Shown here one piece after another: positions 10,589 through 24,605 of a stretch of 42,489 nt of DNA. The notes below the pieces were generated by a model, which ran no database searches, was not told the origin of the DNA, and worked only from the letters and a program-made list of their open reading frames with translations. This stretch comes from Neolecta irregularis DAH-3 (Eukaryota), in assembly GCA_001929475.1 (NCBI GenBank), contig LXFE01000232.1:1-42489 (forward strand), written 5' to 3'. Within the stretch, counting starts at the first letter, position 1. Each line of letters starts with the position of its first letter. The position numbers and the translations under genes are program-made.

Positions 10589-13500
10589 TCACATTCCATG
10601 CGACTTTATCATGTAATCTTTGTTGTCAATAGTAATGCTCTTTGTCTATTCTGTTAGAGGTGAAAAGTTTCTAAATTGATTTTCTACCATGTTTGAAGTC
10701 TTATATATCCCAACCAACCTTGCAGAAAGTTCAAACATATTATTTCGCAGGGAAATAACAATAAATTGGGCATTTTTCGTACGTTCCTGAAAGTAAGTGA
10801 TTGGAGGATTACGATGGGTACCTTGATATAATTTGCAATAATAGAAACATTACGAAAGTCAAGTGCCGCGTCGATCTCATCCATGACATAAAGCGGCGTT
10901 GGCTTAAAATGGTGCAACGCAAATACAAGGGCGAGTGAACTCAGAGTTTTCTCACCCCCAGACAGATTTGAGATATTCTTCCAGCTCTTTTTGGGCGGCA
11001 TGACACTGAAAAGAATTCCTTCAGAGAAGGGATCCAAACTGTCGACAAGTTCCAGTTCTGCGTTTCCACCCATTGTAATCATCTTTTTATGAGAAATGAT
11101 AAAGATCTCATCATACCTGGTACATCTCCTTTAGTCGAATCGAAATGATATTAAAACCATCCATGAATCCATTCAATCTTCTTTTACGAAGATCGTCGCA
11201 TCGTTTCTTTGCTGAATCTCGGGAAAAAGTTGCCTGCTCGAGATCTTTGCTTCGCGCTTGATACTCATCTGCTCTTCGTTTGTACTCTTCAAGAACTGCC
11301 AGATCAACCTTTGCAGACAGTGTCCGTTCTTCAAGGACCGCGATCTCGCCCTTAAGTTCATTTTTGTCGAGACCATGGAGTTCATCAACAGAACACACGG
11401 AAAGCTCAATATGATCTTCCCCTTCAATCCACTCACTATAGCACTCAGAATCAGCTTAGTAAGGGAGCTACCTTGGATTGTGTAATTCCAGTTTGCCATG
11501 CTTTTCTTGCCAATGTTTCAACTTTCTGTTGTTTTCGGCAACGATCTTTTGGTGCTCTTCAAGCCTATTCCGCATCTCAATCTATATTTCAGCAACAAGG
11601 CGTAAAGGAAATTTTACTTCGGCAGCACGCAAGGCATTGATTTCGTCAGTTTTCTGGGTTAATTCCCCTTTCAGCGTGGTCAACTTTTCGGCCTTGGTCT
11701 CGATAATCTATGATATGAGCAGGAAGCCAAGCCAAAACCTAACATATTTCGCCTCCTCGGCTTGTTCACGAATGGACGTGGCAACTATTTCTTTTTCTTG
11801 AATACTCACATCCAGGGCCTTGAGCTCTTCGGCGATACTTTCTAGTTCCTCTTCGCTGCTTTTCAAAGTTTTCTCATGTTTTGAGCAATCCACGAGGGCT
11901 TTGGCTTTCGCAAGTTCGGCCGTTGTAATTCGTTCATTGAGGCTCTCAATCTGCTCTCGAAGACTGTCGACCTTGGACTTCTGACCTCGAAGGCGAACAC
12001 CACCAATTTCCATGATTTTGTTCTGTAGTTCCTTGATTTCCTCTTCGATACCCGCTGTTTCAGAATGCAGACGGGCAATTATTTTTCCCCCAGCTCTAAT
12101 TTGTTCCTCCAGCAGACTCATTCGATCGAGTTCCGCTTTAGACAAGAGACCGCCCTTCCTAATTATAAGAAGTGTCAGTGGTTCCGATTGCATACCCAAG
12201 CTCCGTTATACGACGTTCCAGATCTGTGACACTTTTATCAAACGACGAAATCTCCAACTTCAATTTCGAAATTTGAATCTCAATCTTTGGATTTTGATTT
12301 TCTAGTTCTTGCAGGTTTCGCTCTAGGTCATTCTTGCGTTGTTGATTCTGCTGAAAGTCGCTTTCTTGGGCCTCGACGTCTTTCTCGAGTTTCGCAACCG
12401 CCTCTTTGGTGGTTTCGGCGACCAATTTACTGCTCATTGCACCTTTCATAATGCGGCTGCCACCACCGCTCATAGTACCCGCTTTATCAATAAGTTGACC
12501 ATCAAGGGTGACAACACGCCAACGTTTCTGTCCGTAGGCAATTCGGTTAGCCTGGGCCAAATCCTTTGCGACTAGCGTATTTTGGAGGACGCTATAAAAT
12601 GCAGGTGCAAAGCGTGTGTCTTTGATTTTTACAAGATCGAATAACCGAGGGACATTTTCAGAGGTATCAATAGGTCTGAGATCCCGTGAAGCCAAACGAT
12701 CAAGACAAATGAAACTTGCTCGGCCGAGATTATTCTTCCGTAGATAGTCAATGCATTGTTGACCGACTTCAACGGAATCTACAATGAGACTATCAAGCTG
12801 AGGGCAAGCTGTGGAGATTGCAACATCGAATTTCACATCAATGGTACCAAGATTCCCAAGTCGGCCCTGTTATTTTAGTCTTTATAACCAAGGTATTTTA
12901 CATGAAAACCATTGATCCGCCCAGATTCTTTCAGCCGTAGAAGACCACCGAGAACATTTCCTTGGTTTTGAGAAGCAGAAAGAGAGGCACGGGCGTCATC
13001 TGCTTTGGCTCTACTGCGTTGTAATTCATCTCGAGATTTTGCATTATCATTGTTGCAAGCATCAAGTTCCCTCCTGACTGTTGCTATTTTCTGTTCGATC
13101 TCCCGAAATGACGCTCCACAGTTGCGAATTTCCTCCAACTAAAGTTTTAAAATATATTTAATATAATTCACACACCTTTGCCTTTCGCGATTCTTGAATC
13201 TGAGAAGTCTCAGCTATTGTCTCTTCTTTTGCTCTGTCAACGGCAACCTTTTTATTCTCAAGGATTTCTAATTCCGACTGCGCAACTGCTATAACCGACT
13301 GTGTTTCGTTAATATTCTGACGCCAAGGATCCAGGAACTTCTGTTTCTCTTCGATCTGGTCAGAAAAAGGTTTTGTCTTTCCTGAAAATTTAGACAGAAA
13401 TCTACAACAACTACATACCCTTTAATCCATTCTGAATTGAGACAAGTTCCTCCTCTTCCTTGACTAACCGCGTTTCAAGCTCGGTTATAGAAATGTTGAA

Positions 13501-15256
13501 TTTCTTGATCTCCTCGTCATGATTTTCTGTCCAGCTTCTGGCCTCACTAAGCGCGTGCCTCGTGCTTTGAATGTTTTTTGTGAGCTTCTTTTGTTTTGAA
13601 ACAATATGTTTCTGCTTCTCCTGAATCTGAACATTCTCCCGGTCATATTTTGCGAGTTGTCGAAGCACTTCGACAGTTTCCTTCTGCAGTGATTCATATT
13701 CCTTATTTATCTGCTTATAGCTCTTTTCCAGTGCCCTGTATTCTTCCTCGTTACCATTGTATCTCCCAAGCTCTGAACTGAGCTCAAGTTCAAGTTCTTT
13801 TATTGCGGCATCGGTGATCTCAAGGTTTTCTTTACAATCCAGAATGTAAGATTGGTAAAGTGCCGACTGTTTGAAGACCAGTTCATTTTCATCCTTGATA
13901 TATGCAATTGCCTTATCCTTTTTCTCTTCCAAACTGGCCTTTTCTTTCTCGACGATACCAACTCGGTGCACTTTTTCTGTACAGACGTCATTGAGACTCT
14001 CAAGTTCTTGGGCAGCATCTTCGATAGGCTTTTTATACTTGGAGGTGCCAACAATATCCTCAAGATACTCAAGCAACCCGTCCTCATTCTCATTCTGAGC
14101 CTTCGGCTTCATTTGGGCGATGGATTCAACCTCTCCTTGGAGAATTAAAAATCTTTTGTGGTCAAGATCAATGCCACGGTCTTTGAGGAGGGTAGTAACC
14201 TCGGTAAAATTGCTGTTTCGATCATTAATGGTATATTGACTGGAGTTATTCTTGAATGCTTTTCGAGCAATGACAAGGGTTGAGTTTGGTAGAATTTCAC
14301 AATTACCTTCCTCGGGCTTTAGGTAAGTCGGAGGGTGGGAATTTATGAATACCAGATCGATGACCTCCTGGAAGTGGACTTCCACGCTGCAAAACGCAAG
14401 ATTTGGATGAGCCGCAGAATTGTGTATAAGGGAAGAAATCTTTCCTTGGCGCATCTTGCTAGCGCGAAAGCCGAAGACGAACAACAAAGAATCAATAACA
14501 TTTGACTTGCCAGATCCATTGGGACCGACTACAGATGAAAATGACTTTATTGAGCAGTTATGCAATTTCCAAGCGTACCCTATGGAATGGACCAATCTCT
14601 TGCCTTCCGGCATATGATTTGAAATTCATCAAGACCAGATGGGTGATCATAATCCGCTTGTGAGGGCCTTTTGGTTCTTCAGCGATTAATCTTTGACGTT
14701 TCCGTATATCAAACAGTTGCAAAGTAGACGATACATTCTGGGTTTGGGCCAATTGAGAAGATAACTTTGGAGTTGACGAGGTCAGTGTCGAATCTGGCTG
14801 TTCAGTATTGGTTTCAACATCTTCCGCTGGGATGTCTTCAACAGCTGGAGACGGTGACTGAATCTCAATCATCTCTCCTGTTTGCAGTTCCCCAGCATGG
14901 TCTTTGCTTTCGATTGATTCTCTGGTGATAGGTGGCTTGCTTAGCCCGCTCGATTTCTTTGGGGCTGCTGATGCGGATTCGAACGGGGTTGATCGAGCGG
15001 CGACACGCGCGATTGAACTCGGGGGGTTCGTTGCAGATTCCGTCTTCACAGGGGTCCTCGGGGCTGGTCTGGAGGAGGAGCGGGTTGATCGTGGAGTATC
15101 ATCCAAGCGGTTGTTGTTATCGCAGTCTTGTAGCCTCTGACTGCATTCTTGCAAGTCCGAGCTGTGGTCCGGGTCTGAATCCGAGTCCGGGTCTGGGAGT
15201 GCGCGGCCGGATGAATTTGCCCTGCGAGAAGAATCCTGCTGCCTTGTGGGTGGCAT
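10589..15256 (-). CDS. SMC4: Condensin subunit SMC4 (cut3), multi-exon
   Basis: NFKSYAG, Walker A VGPNGSGKSN, LDHKRFLILQGEVESIAQMKPK, hinge (RWRVVTLDGQLIDKAGTMSGGG), signature LSGGEKTLSSLAL, Walker B VMDEIDAALDFRN. Last exon TKSITIDNKDYMIKSHGM*. Confidence 0.97.
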
Positions 15257-15380
15257 TGAAGCTGTAACGGCCGGCGCGAGAAGCGTAAAGGCGCGCCAGG
15301 GACGGTCACGTGAGACATATGTGTGGCTGGGCAGCAGTCTTCTTCGCTCACCACCATCCGCCCGCCCATTTCACTTATCC
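15257..15380. promoter_or_regulatory. Compact bidirectional promoter SMC4/PRP39 with GTCACGTG E-box
   Basis: The two ATGs are ~124 nt apart head-to-head. GC-rich, with gtcacgtga at about 15305-15313 and several CGCG cores. Confidence 0.55.
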
Positions 15381-17647
15381 ATGGCCGAGAACGAGCCCGA
15401 CGTCGAGCGCTTTTCACGGCTTGTAGTCGACGATCCAGACGACTTTGATGCGTGGGAAGGACTTCTGCAAGCGACAGAGGCCGCAGAAGGCGGTCTGCAC
15501 AGAGGCTCTTCACCGCAGGCTGTTGCGGCTATGCGCAGTGTCTACGACCGCTTCTTGCGCCGCTTCCCGCTGCTTTTTGGCTACTGGAAGAAATACGCCG
15601 ACCTCGAGTTCGCTATTGCAGGGACCGAGTCGGCGGAACTGGTCTATGAGCGCGGCGTCGCAGGCATCTCCAACTCGGTTGATCTGTGGTCAAATTACTG
15701 TGCTTTCAAAATGGAGACCAGCCACGAGCAGGACGATATCAGAGAGTGCGTTCATTTCTTCTTTTGCAAAATCTGCAGTGCTGTCCAGGCGTTGGCCCTG
15801 CCAACTTGTGCCTGAGGCGTACTGCAGTCCGTTCGCCAGGCCTCTCCGAAGCGTCTGCATTCGACGTCTTACGCACTGTAGTATCGGTATGCGAACGAGT
15901 CACGATCCAGTAGATAATTGTTTTCATGTTTGTGTCTTGCAGCAAACGTTGGTAGGTACAGTCAACTGATGCTTCTTTTTCCAGGCTCTTTGAAAGAGGT
16001 GCAAATCATGTCGGCTTGGACTTCTTGGCTCATCCCTTTTGGGATAAGTATCTTGAATATGAGGAACGAATGGAGAATTGGGAAGCTATTTACCGCATTC
16101 TCGATCGCATTATTCATATTCCTATGCATCAATATGCCCGTTATTTTGAGAGGCATGTTTTCTCGTCCCACCAATTCTAACAAATAGATTTACCCAAATG
16201 GCTGTAACTCGACCAATTACCGACCTCCTTCCCGAAGATATAATTGCCACTTTTAGAGACGACGTGATGAACGAGCCTATCCCACCACCCCCATCAGGTC
16301 AAGCATTTAGCGCCAAACGAACTGAAATGGAGATTGAAAGAGAAATCAGACTCCGTATCCACAATTTCCATCTCGAGATTTATCAGAAAATCCAAACTGA
16401 GACCACCAAACGATGGGCTTTTGAGTCAGAGGTTGTTTCTATCCCTTTACTTTTTAATCAAGGATTAGATCAAGCGCCCATACTTTCATGTTCGAGAATT
16501 AGATGAAGCTCAACTTGTCAACTGGAGAAAATATCTCGACTTTGAAGAAATCGAAGGAAACTTCAAGCATATTCAATTTTTGTATGAGCGATGTCTTGTT
16601 ACTTGCGTATGTGTTTCCGATTACTCTCACTTACGTTATAGGCATTATACGAAGAATTCTGGTTGCGATATGCTCGATGGATGTCTGCCCAAGTCGGCAG
16701 ACAAGAGGAAGTTCGACTGATATATTTCCGGGGCTCGACTTGTTTTGCTCCCATGTGGTATGATTAATTTTCCCGTCTATCTATAGTAACAGTATAGTCG
16801 TCTCAGTTTGCGTTTCCAGTTTGCTTTATTCGAGGAAGCTCAGGGAAACCTTGACTTTGCCCTTGGCATATATCAATCCATTTTAGATCAACTTCCTGGA
16901 AACCTTGAAGCGATCATGCATATAATCCATTTGCACCGACGCCAAGACCCCAAGAACTATGAGAAACTTATCGCAATAATCAAGGAGTATATTGATAATC
17001 CTGATACCGAACCTTCTATTCGAGGCAGCCTTTTTGCTGAATGGGCCAGGGTTCTATGGAAGGTATTTATGTCCTGAAGACCCCTTCTAATACGTCAGTT
17101 CAAAGGTTCACCCGATGATGCACGAGCTTTATTTCAAGAGAATGTAGCGAACTATAGAGACAATCGCTACTTTTGGATCAATTACCTACGCTTTGAGATG
17201 GCTCAGCCAGTTGGTATTCTTTCGAATCGCCATTATGGCTAACATGGAGACGTTGAAACAGAAAAAGACGTGTTCAAAAAGATATACAACGTTATAACGC
17301 TCATTAGAACCAAATCCCACCTTCCACCACTAATAGTTAAGGACCTAAGTCATCTCTACATGGAATATCTCCTGGAAAATGCAACATCTCCAGGGGTAAT
17401 TCAAGAATATTGTCGATTAGACCGCGAAGTCAACGGACCATGGAGTATTCAAACAGAGAACAAATTGCGCCTTACGGACAACGAAGATATCGCCAGCGTT
17501 GAAAAGAGACTTCGAGCGGAAAACGGTCACCCCGGATTACTTATCACAGAAGAAGACATCCGAGATGGAAGAAATCCTTATGACAAATATTTTGAACAGC
17601 AAGGGGAAATCCCGCCAGCTCCGGATTCCTCTGCTAATGGGGTTTAA
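15381..17647 (+). CDS. PRP39: U1 snRNP protein Prp39 (HAT repeats), multi-exon
   Basis: YDRFLRRFPLLFGYWKKYADLE, SVDLWSNYC, LFERGANHVGLDFLAHPFWDKY, IKRPYFHV, YERCLVTCALYEEFW. Confidence 0.95.
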
Positions 17648-17922
17648 TTTCAAAATTATCGTCAAGGGCTCGGAGATGTATGGGCTATCTGAACCGAGGA
17701 TGTTGAATGATTTTAAAAATATACTCTTTTCTTCTCTTAGGCTCAGGCACATGATCCATCGCTTTTCTTCACTTTCTATATCTTCGCAATCGTCTATCTG
17801 GCTCGGCACAACGTCGGTGGCGTTTAGTGGTTGCATACCCCACCTGCCATATGTCGAAGGCGCATATCTTAAATATAGGAGCTTCTCTTTTTCCCTTATT
17901 CTCTCTTCCTGACTTCAACAAC

Positions 17923-19573
17923 ATGCTTCTTCTCCTCTTCGCGGTTGCTGTGATGCTTGTCGGCTTATGTGCCCACATGTTTTCTGAACGAAAAGGACTA
18001 ACTAGCGAACACTTGTTTCCGCCTCTCGTTAAATCTTTCATACCGCTCGGCCTGGACAACATTTTAATGCTGATTCGTTTGAGTATTGAGAACACACACT
18101 TTTATTTCTTCAAGCGACACTTCGAGAATTACGGTCAAACTTTTGCTCTGAGAGTGGGCGTGGCTAATCTCTACTTTACGAATGATCCAGAAAACGTTTC
18201 TTTTCCTTGAAAACTTCTGAATCTGAACCGCAGATCAAAGCACTACTTTCCACGCAGTTTGGCGAGTTTGGAAAAGGGCCACTGTTCCATGAAACTTTGA
18301 AAGAGTTCCTTGGACATGGTATCTTCAACGTTGATCATGAATTGTGGCAGACATCTCGAACTTTACTTCGTCCTCAGTTCGTCAAAGAACGTATTTCAGA
18401 TCTAGAACTTTTTGAAAGACATTTTCAACAACTCTTGTTACATATTCCTAATGATAAGACCGTCGATCTACTTGATTTATTCATGCGGATGACTCTAGAT
18501 TCTGCAACAGAGTATCTGATGGGTGTTAGCACAAACAGTCTTGCTGATCCAAAAGTTGATTCTTAGAAATTCGTATCTTATCCTCTAGGTTAAATTTGCA
18601 GAAGCTTTCGACTTTGTACAGGATTTGAGTGCAAGAAGGGTTATACTTGGACCGCTCTATCAACTATATCCAACTTTTGGCTATTCGAAAGCAATCAGAA
18701 CGGTTTGTCAATATCCTGGACTGTCTGACAATTTTCAGTTGGATCATTTTGTAGAACCTTTCATTGATCGTGCCATCGGACTTCACCATTCTAACTCGGA
18801 AAAGCCATCATCAAATTACATCTTCCTCGATGCTATCTCGGAGCTGACTCAGGATCGAAAGGTTTTGCGAGATCAAATTCTTAATATCCTCCTCGCTGGC
18901 CGGGATACAACTGCTGCCGCGTTGAGCTGGGCTTTCTACGAAATGGCCCGGCATGAAGATGTGTGGAGAAAACTCCAAGAAGAAGTTGCGATCCTTAATG
19001 GAGCTAAACCCACTTTTGATGATCTCAAGTCAATAAAATATTTGCAATGGATCATAAACGAAAGTATTCATGCACAGTCCTGTGCTTTTCGTTGATACTT
19101 TAGCCTTGCGTTTATATCCTTCAGTTCCTGGTAATGTTCGAACAGCTTTAGTCGATACAACGCTTCCTCGAGGAGGAGGTCCCAAAGGAGATGAACCGAT
19201 CTTTTGCAAAAAGGGCACACCAGTAGGATATATTGTCCAAGTAATGCACACTCGAACTGATTTTTATGGACCTGATGCTTTGGAATTTAAACCCGAGCGT
19301 TGGTCAGGGCCGCCTCCCAAACCATGGTCCTATCTTCCTTTCAAGTATGTTATGGTTCAGTCATCTCTCTGATATAAAAACAGTGGAGGCCCAAGAATTT
19401 GTCTCGGTCAACAGTTCGCCATTGCAGAAATGGGCTATATCATTGTCCGTATGGCTCAGACGTTTGAAACACTCGAACAACAAGATTTCAAAGAACGTGT
19501 GATGCGCAAGACCATTATTCTGACGAGCGGGAATGGGGTCAAAGTTAGTTTGTGTCGGAAATCTGGGCCTTAA
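17923..19573 (+). CDS. Cytochrome P450, CYP52 clan (alkane/fatty-acid hydroxylase-like)
   Basis: N-terminal TM anchor, [10 protein letters not shown]-helix [13 protein letters not shown] split by an intron, [19 protein letters not shown], and heme motif [14 protein letters not shown]. Start could alternatively be 17851. Confidence 0.92.
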
Positions 19574-20557
19574 TTTAAAATTCCAGATGCCATCCTATGT
19601 AAAGTTTGTCATACCTGAACAAAGGTCTGTGCGAATTTATTTTTCAAAGAAAATGGGATGCAAGTTTGCAAGTTTAACGGTCTAAAGCTCTGAACGACTA
19701 TTTATTCATAACTTGGTCATGAAGTTCAAATATTGATGCTGTCAATCTTGATTTTTGGGACTCCTTGAAGATAACGATGAAACATTAGGAGACTTCCTTT
19801 CAATTCCTTTCCATCTGGGACATATGGAATATCGCCAGGTTGTTAAATATGGTGATATCAGCAAAGTTTTGAAACCTATTAAATTATAGCCTACGAGAAG
19901 AGAATTTTGTTAAGGCGAGAAGCACGTTTACAGCACCCAAGAGTTCCCGGATGTATCGGCGGAGACAACTATTCTGAGACTACTTTTAACCCTTTTCCAA
20001 ACAAAAACATAAGAACATTAACTAGTTCTTACCAGACACGTGGAGGGAGATGTTGCCATATTTATGGACATAGATAATGGAAGTATATAATCTTGTATGA
20101 TTATGTATACCTAACCAAGTTCGCGTACATTAGATAGTATGCCCTGTATATTAGAAGTTCACATACTTGTACTCCGGGCAAGTACTTGTACCGCGACGTT
20201 GCAGAGCAACAGATTAATAATTTCACCAAAGAACTCCAGAAGCCAATAAAATCACCTCAATGCCTTTGGATTCCCTACTTAGTCTGGATCCAGTAGTCAG
20301 GAGGGTGTCAGAGATTTCTTTTTTCTCAAGTTGGGATCTAAACAAGGTTACATGCAAAAAGTCACAGCGAATCGGGTGGTTGACTGACATCTTACATTGA
20401 CCAGTCTCGCTCATGTTCTATTACGAGAAGTTGCTCATTCTTCGAGTTTTCTAAGTTAAGAAATATCTTGCTACATGCATATAAAAATAATATCCAGCTT
20501 ATAGACTATTCACGAGGTGAGTATAAGGCTAAGTACCTGTAGGATCCTTAAAGAAAA

Positions 20558-22786
20558 TCAAAACAAGGGCCACCAAGTGTTTCCAGCATTTCGTGAAGCT
20601 GCCGCCACAGAACTAAGGAGTAGTGAGGTACCTTCTAGCCAAGATGACCAAGAGGCTCCTCGAGGGATAACCCAGGATCCCAACTCATTGTAATACCAAC
20701 AGATGTCTGCAAATATCTCCGCACCAACGGTAAGAAAGAAAGACAGTGTACTACCGTCTAAACGCATAGAAGCAATAGTAAGCCCCAGACTGATCAAGGG
20801 AAATATTATGGCAGGAATGGCAAGAAAGGGCGAGCTTTCGCGCTGGACCTGTTCTGCATTCAATCGCCGGCGCCACGTAGTGGGTTCGATATCCCGAAAC
20901 ATACTTCGAAGACAATAGAACGTTGAGACTACGATCCCCAAAGACGCAAAGATCACTTGAAACCAAATTACGAAGTTCGGAATATTGCTATTGGTGTTGA
21001 ATCCAAGTTGTGCAGTTTTCGGACGAAATGCGAGAGCTACGAACGACAAAACCCAACTTAAAAGTGCAAGTATCCCTAAAGCCCATATCCTCCTAGGAGA
21101 AACTGGTTTTTTCAATGAAAAAAGTCGTCTAGAGACATTGCGGTCGTCCAGTCTGGAGTACGAGCTGATGCTGACTTCTGCAAACATCCACCCCAAATAC
21201 TCAGAACGTTTCGAAGGCCCTTGGATGAATGGCGAGAGAATATTTCGAGCTGCATAGCTTGATATGAGCATCCCAGGATCGGTGAAAGCAACCTGGCACA
21301 TAAGGATTTTATCAGTTGGATCAATAGATTACCATCACCGCTGTTAGAATAACTTCTACAGCTGCTATGCCTAATCGTGACCAATAACCATAGAGTCTTT
21401 CGATTATATAGGGTTTCTCATCCATGACTCTGATTCTTAGAGCAATTGCTTGAGTATCTTGAACGGTGAAAAATGTATTGCCCATATCTGACATCAAACT
21501 GTCGGCGACGCGTTCCTGTACCATTACCATGATTATACCACCTGAAGTAATAGTTTCGATGGCATTCCACCGCGGCTCCAGGCGCTCGTTGATCGCAGAT
21601 ATAACGCCAACTTGTTCAATTGTTACCCTTTTACATTCCTCAATCTCTGTTCTTGACACTGATGGTATATCAAGTTCGTGCTGTGTGCTATGTTTACTGC
21701 TTGTTGTGTTCGAATGTTGTGAATCGAAGTTCTCGATGAGATCCCACTCAAAACAGTCTTGACCGTAGTCAACGAAAAACAACCTATCTGCCCAAGTCCA
21801 ACGATGATTATTTCGATCACCACACCATGCCCGAGCAAACTCGGATTCTGGTGAAAGACTTCCACCTTCAAATACAAATTCTTTTGTTGCAAAAATTCGA
21901 AGCCATCGAAAGTACTGAGCAATTGAAAGATTGCTTTTTACCCACAGTTCATGTCCTGGAAGTTGACACCGCTGGATAACGTCCCGAATCGGCATACAAC
22001 ATAACATATGCTGTGCAGATAGCACTATTTCTCCGCGTTGTTGATTATCGACCAAATTTAAAGGTGGAAGAATAAAGAGTTCGCGGAGAAGTTGTTGCCA
22101 ATGCCCTCCTAGCATATCAATTGACATGATGACCCCGCAGCTATGCCCACATGAATCGATTCGCGCAAGGTAACCGTATCTATTAGCTTCTCCAATATAG
22201 CCAGCCTGGTCCGTATAATTGACGAATTTTGTGAAGGCTGGCACACATGTTGTTATTGAGATTCCAGCGCCTGTATCAGGGAACATGGGGTAAGAGAATG
22301 ATGAGGTTCTGTATGCAAAGAAGAAGTCTAGCCATTGCACTTCGCATTGAAGACCCCCTTGTAGCCATGCTGCAACAGCTCCAGCTAGGCTATCAATCAG
22401 TGTCTATTTGAATGAGGGGATATATTACCTCAACAGACCCGTCGTAACACCTGAGGGCAAAGTAAGGGAATCCCTTACGCCGCCTCCAGCATCTGCGACA
22501 ACTGCAAGTGGGAGAATATTGTATATTAGCCCATTCAGAACATTCAATTCAACTGAAGATATGAATATCAGCAGAGTAAAATGCAACAATCTATGATGAG
22601 CAAACTATGTGGCTATGCATACCGCTTGGCAAAATTCAATATTTGAGGTTTGATCAACCATATAAGAATGATTGTGAGGCCAGATATAAGTGCCAAAAAG
22701 CCAAACATCCAGATGTGATATCTGGAAACCTGGCAAGAGACTGTAACGTCTGGCATAAAAACTGTTAGATGTTCAACAGGAGTCAT
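20558..22786 (-). CDS. Uncharacterised multi-pass membrane protein (~700 aa), paralogue A of the gene at 28186-30255
   Basis: Four exons joined by GT-AG introns of 32-40 nt. Hydrophobic N-terminus, soluble middle domain, several C-terminal TM helices, ends WWPLF. Clear similarity to paralogue B. Start is 22786 or 22756. Confidence 0.8.
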
Positions 22787-24605
22787 TCAGCCAAGATTTG
22801 GTAGAGGCATTAATAAGCAGAAGCAACACGCCCGTAGAGTGCAATTTTGGATCTCATACGAAGAGTCCAGAAAGCAGGATCTAGAGCAACTAGTGTCGGA
22901 GACTCCCGATCAGGGTTTGCTCCAAGGATACGAACATCACAATAGCCAAGCTTGAGAGATCCGCGGGATAACTGCAAAGCGTGTCCAAGTGAATTATTTA
23001 AATTGATAAGGAGATAGTCGAAATTTAAAAAGTGAACCATTGTGGTTTCGACCTTCAAGCTGTGAACCAGTATGTCCAATGGCCCGCCTGTCCCCATCGA
23101 AGAGGCTTCAGAAGGTGGGCGTTCTGTATTAGTTGATTTTGGAGTCTGATGAGGGTTTGATATTCAGATTTGAAATCTCTGGGTAGTAAATTTTCAGCAA
23201 GTGAACAGCTTGCTCAGTTAAGTGAACCTTTCTGACTACTCGCACAATTGCTATCATTTATGCAGTCTCCAAAAAGCCCTTAAAGCAGCCAGTCCTTCTA
23301 GCATTTGTTGGTTTCAACTGTGACATCGCCAAGGCAACTTCGATCATCCGTAACATGCTTTGCAGCTCCTGTCAAACGCTGTCGGACATGCCGATGGCGG
23401 GCGGCTGTCATTCTGCTATGAGTTGCCATGTACAGATCAAGAGAAGAATGCTTTATATGCATGAAAATGATACCCTTCCGGTAAGCTTTTAGCTTGATCG
23501 GTATATTGCACCAGGATGTAGTGAGATCAAAGCGATCAATTGATACTAGATTACCATTTCTTTAATGATGCTGAAAAGAGAGCGTAGTTGAGTCTCGCAT
23601 GACAGATTTCAAAGTCAAGTATCATGAAATATGCATTTTGTTCTCATTGCGAACTGTGGTAAATTTGTCTTGAGAAGTGTTCGTCGCTATCATCTTTCGC
23701 GGGTAATAACCCTGCAACTTTTTACTTTCCATAACGAATATCCTGCTTAATGCTTCATGACTTGCAATAACCAGAACTGCAAGTGTTCAGTAACTCGAGC
23801 GCTGTTGTTCGATTATTAATTAGATAAGCTCGTCGTCAACATACTTCGAATAAGAATGAGTGATTCGATCTGGCTACCAAATTCTTTTCATTTGAATGGC
23901 CACACGAATGAGCTGTCTATTCATGCTTTTAGTAGAATCCGTTGGTATGAGAAAAGGTGGCTGGATCCTGAAAGGCAGATACATCGATCACTGTCACTGG
24001 ACATCTAGTTGTATCAATGGGAGGGAAATACGATTTAGTAATGTATCAAACAGCTCGCGAATTATGTTTGAACGTAAGCATGACAAACAGTTCCATGTTT
24101 CGGATGAGACAGTGAAGATTCAAGTAGTTTGGTTCTGCTGAAGATGACATCCCAAGATATATAAAAAAAGATATCAATTCACGCTCTAAAAAGATATTCT
24201 CGATACTTCTTGACATTCCCTGCGGTTGAATTTAATATATATGGATATCTTTCAATCTATTGGCGGCACGAACACCTACAACAGACTCATTACATTGACT
24301 TTTCGGTCATCGAAATAAGAAATCAGCCCAAACACCATCAATGTGAAAAACCGCGCTTCGTATTTGATTCAAGGCTACCATTCTTCAGATCCTTGGCCAA
24401 AAAAGTGAATGTCAGTTGGCATGGAATATCAATAAACACTATCGTGAAAGTAAAATCCTCTGTTTTCCATGGATATTAACTTCAGTCTTTGCTGTGATAG
24501 AGATTAAGAGTATATGACTTTGATTATGCAAAGAAAAAACATGTAACCACAAAGAACTCGCGATATAAGAAAAATGCCCATGAGAAATAATTGAGAATAT
24601 CAGGT

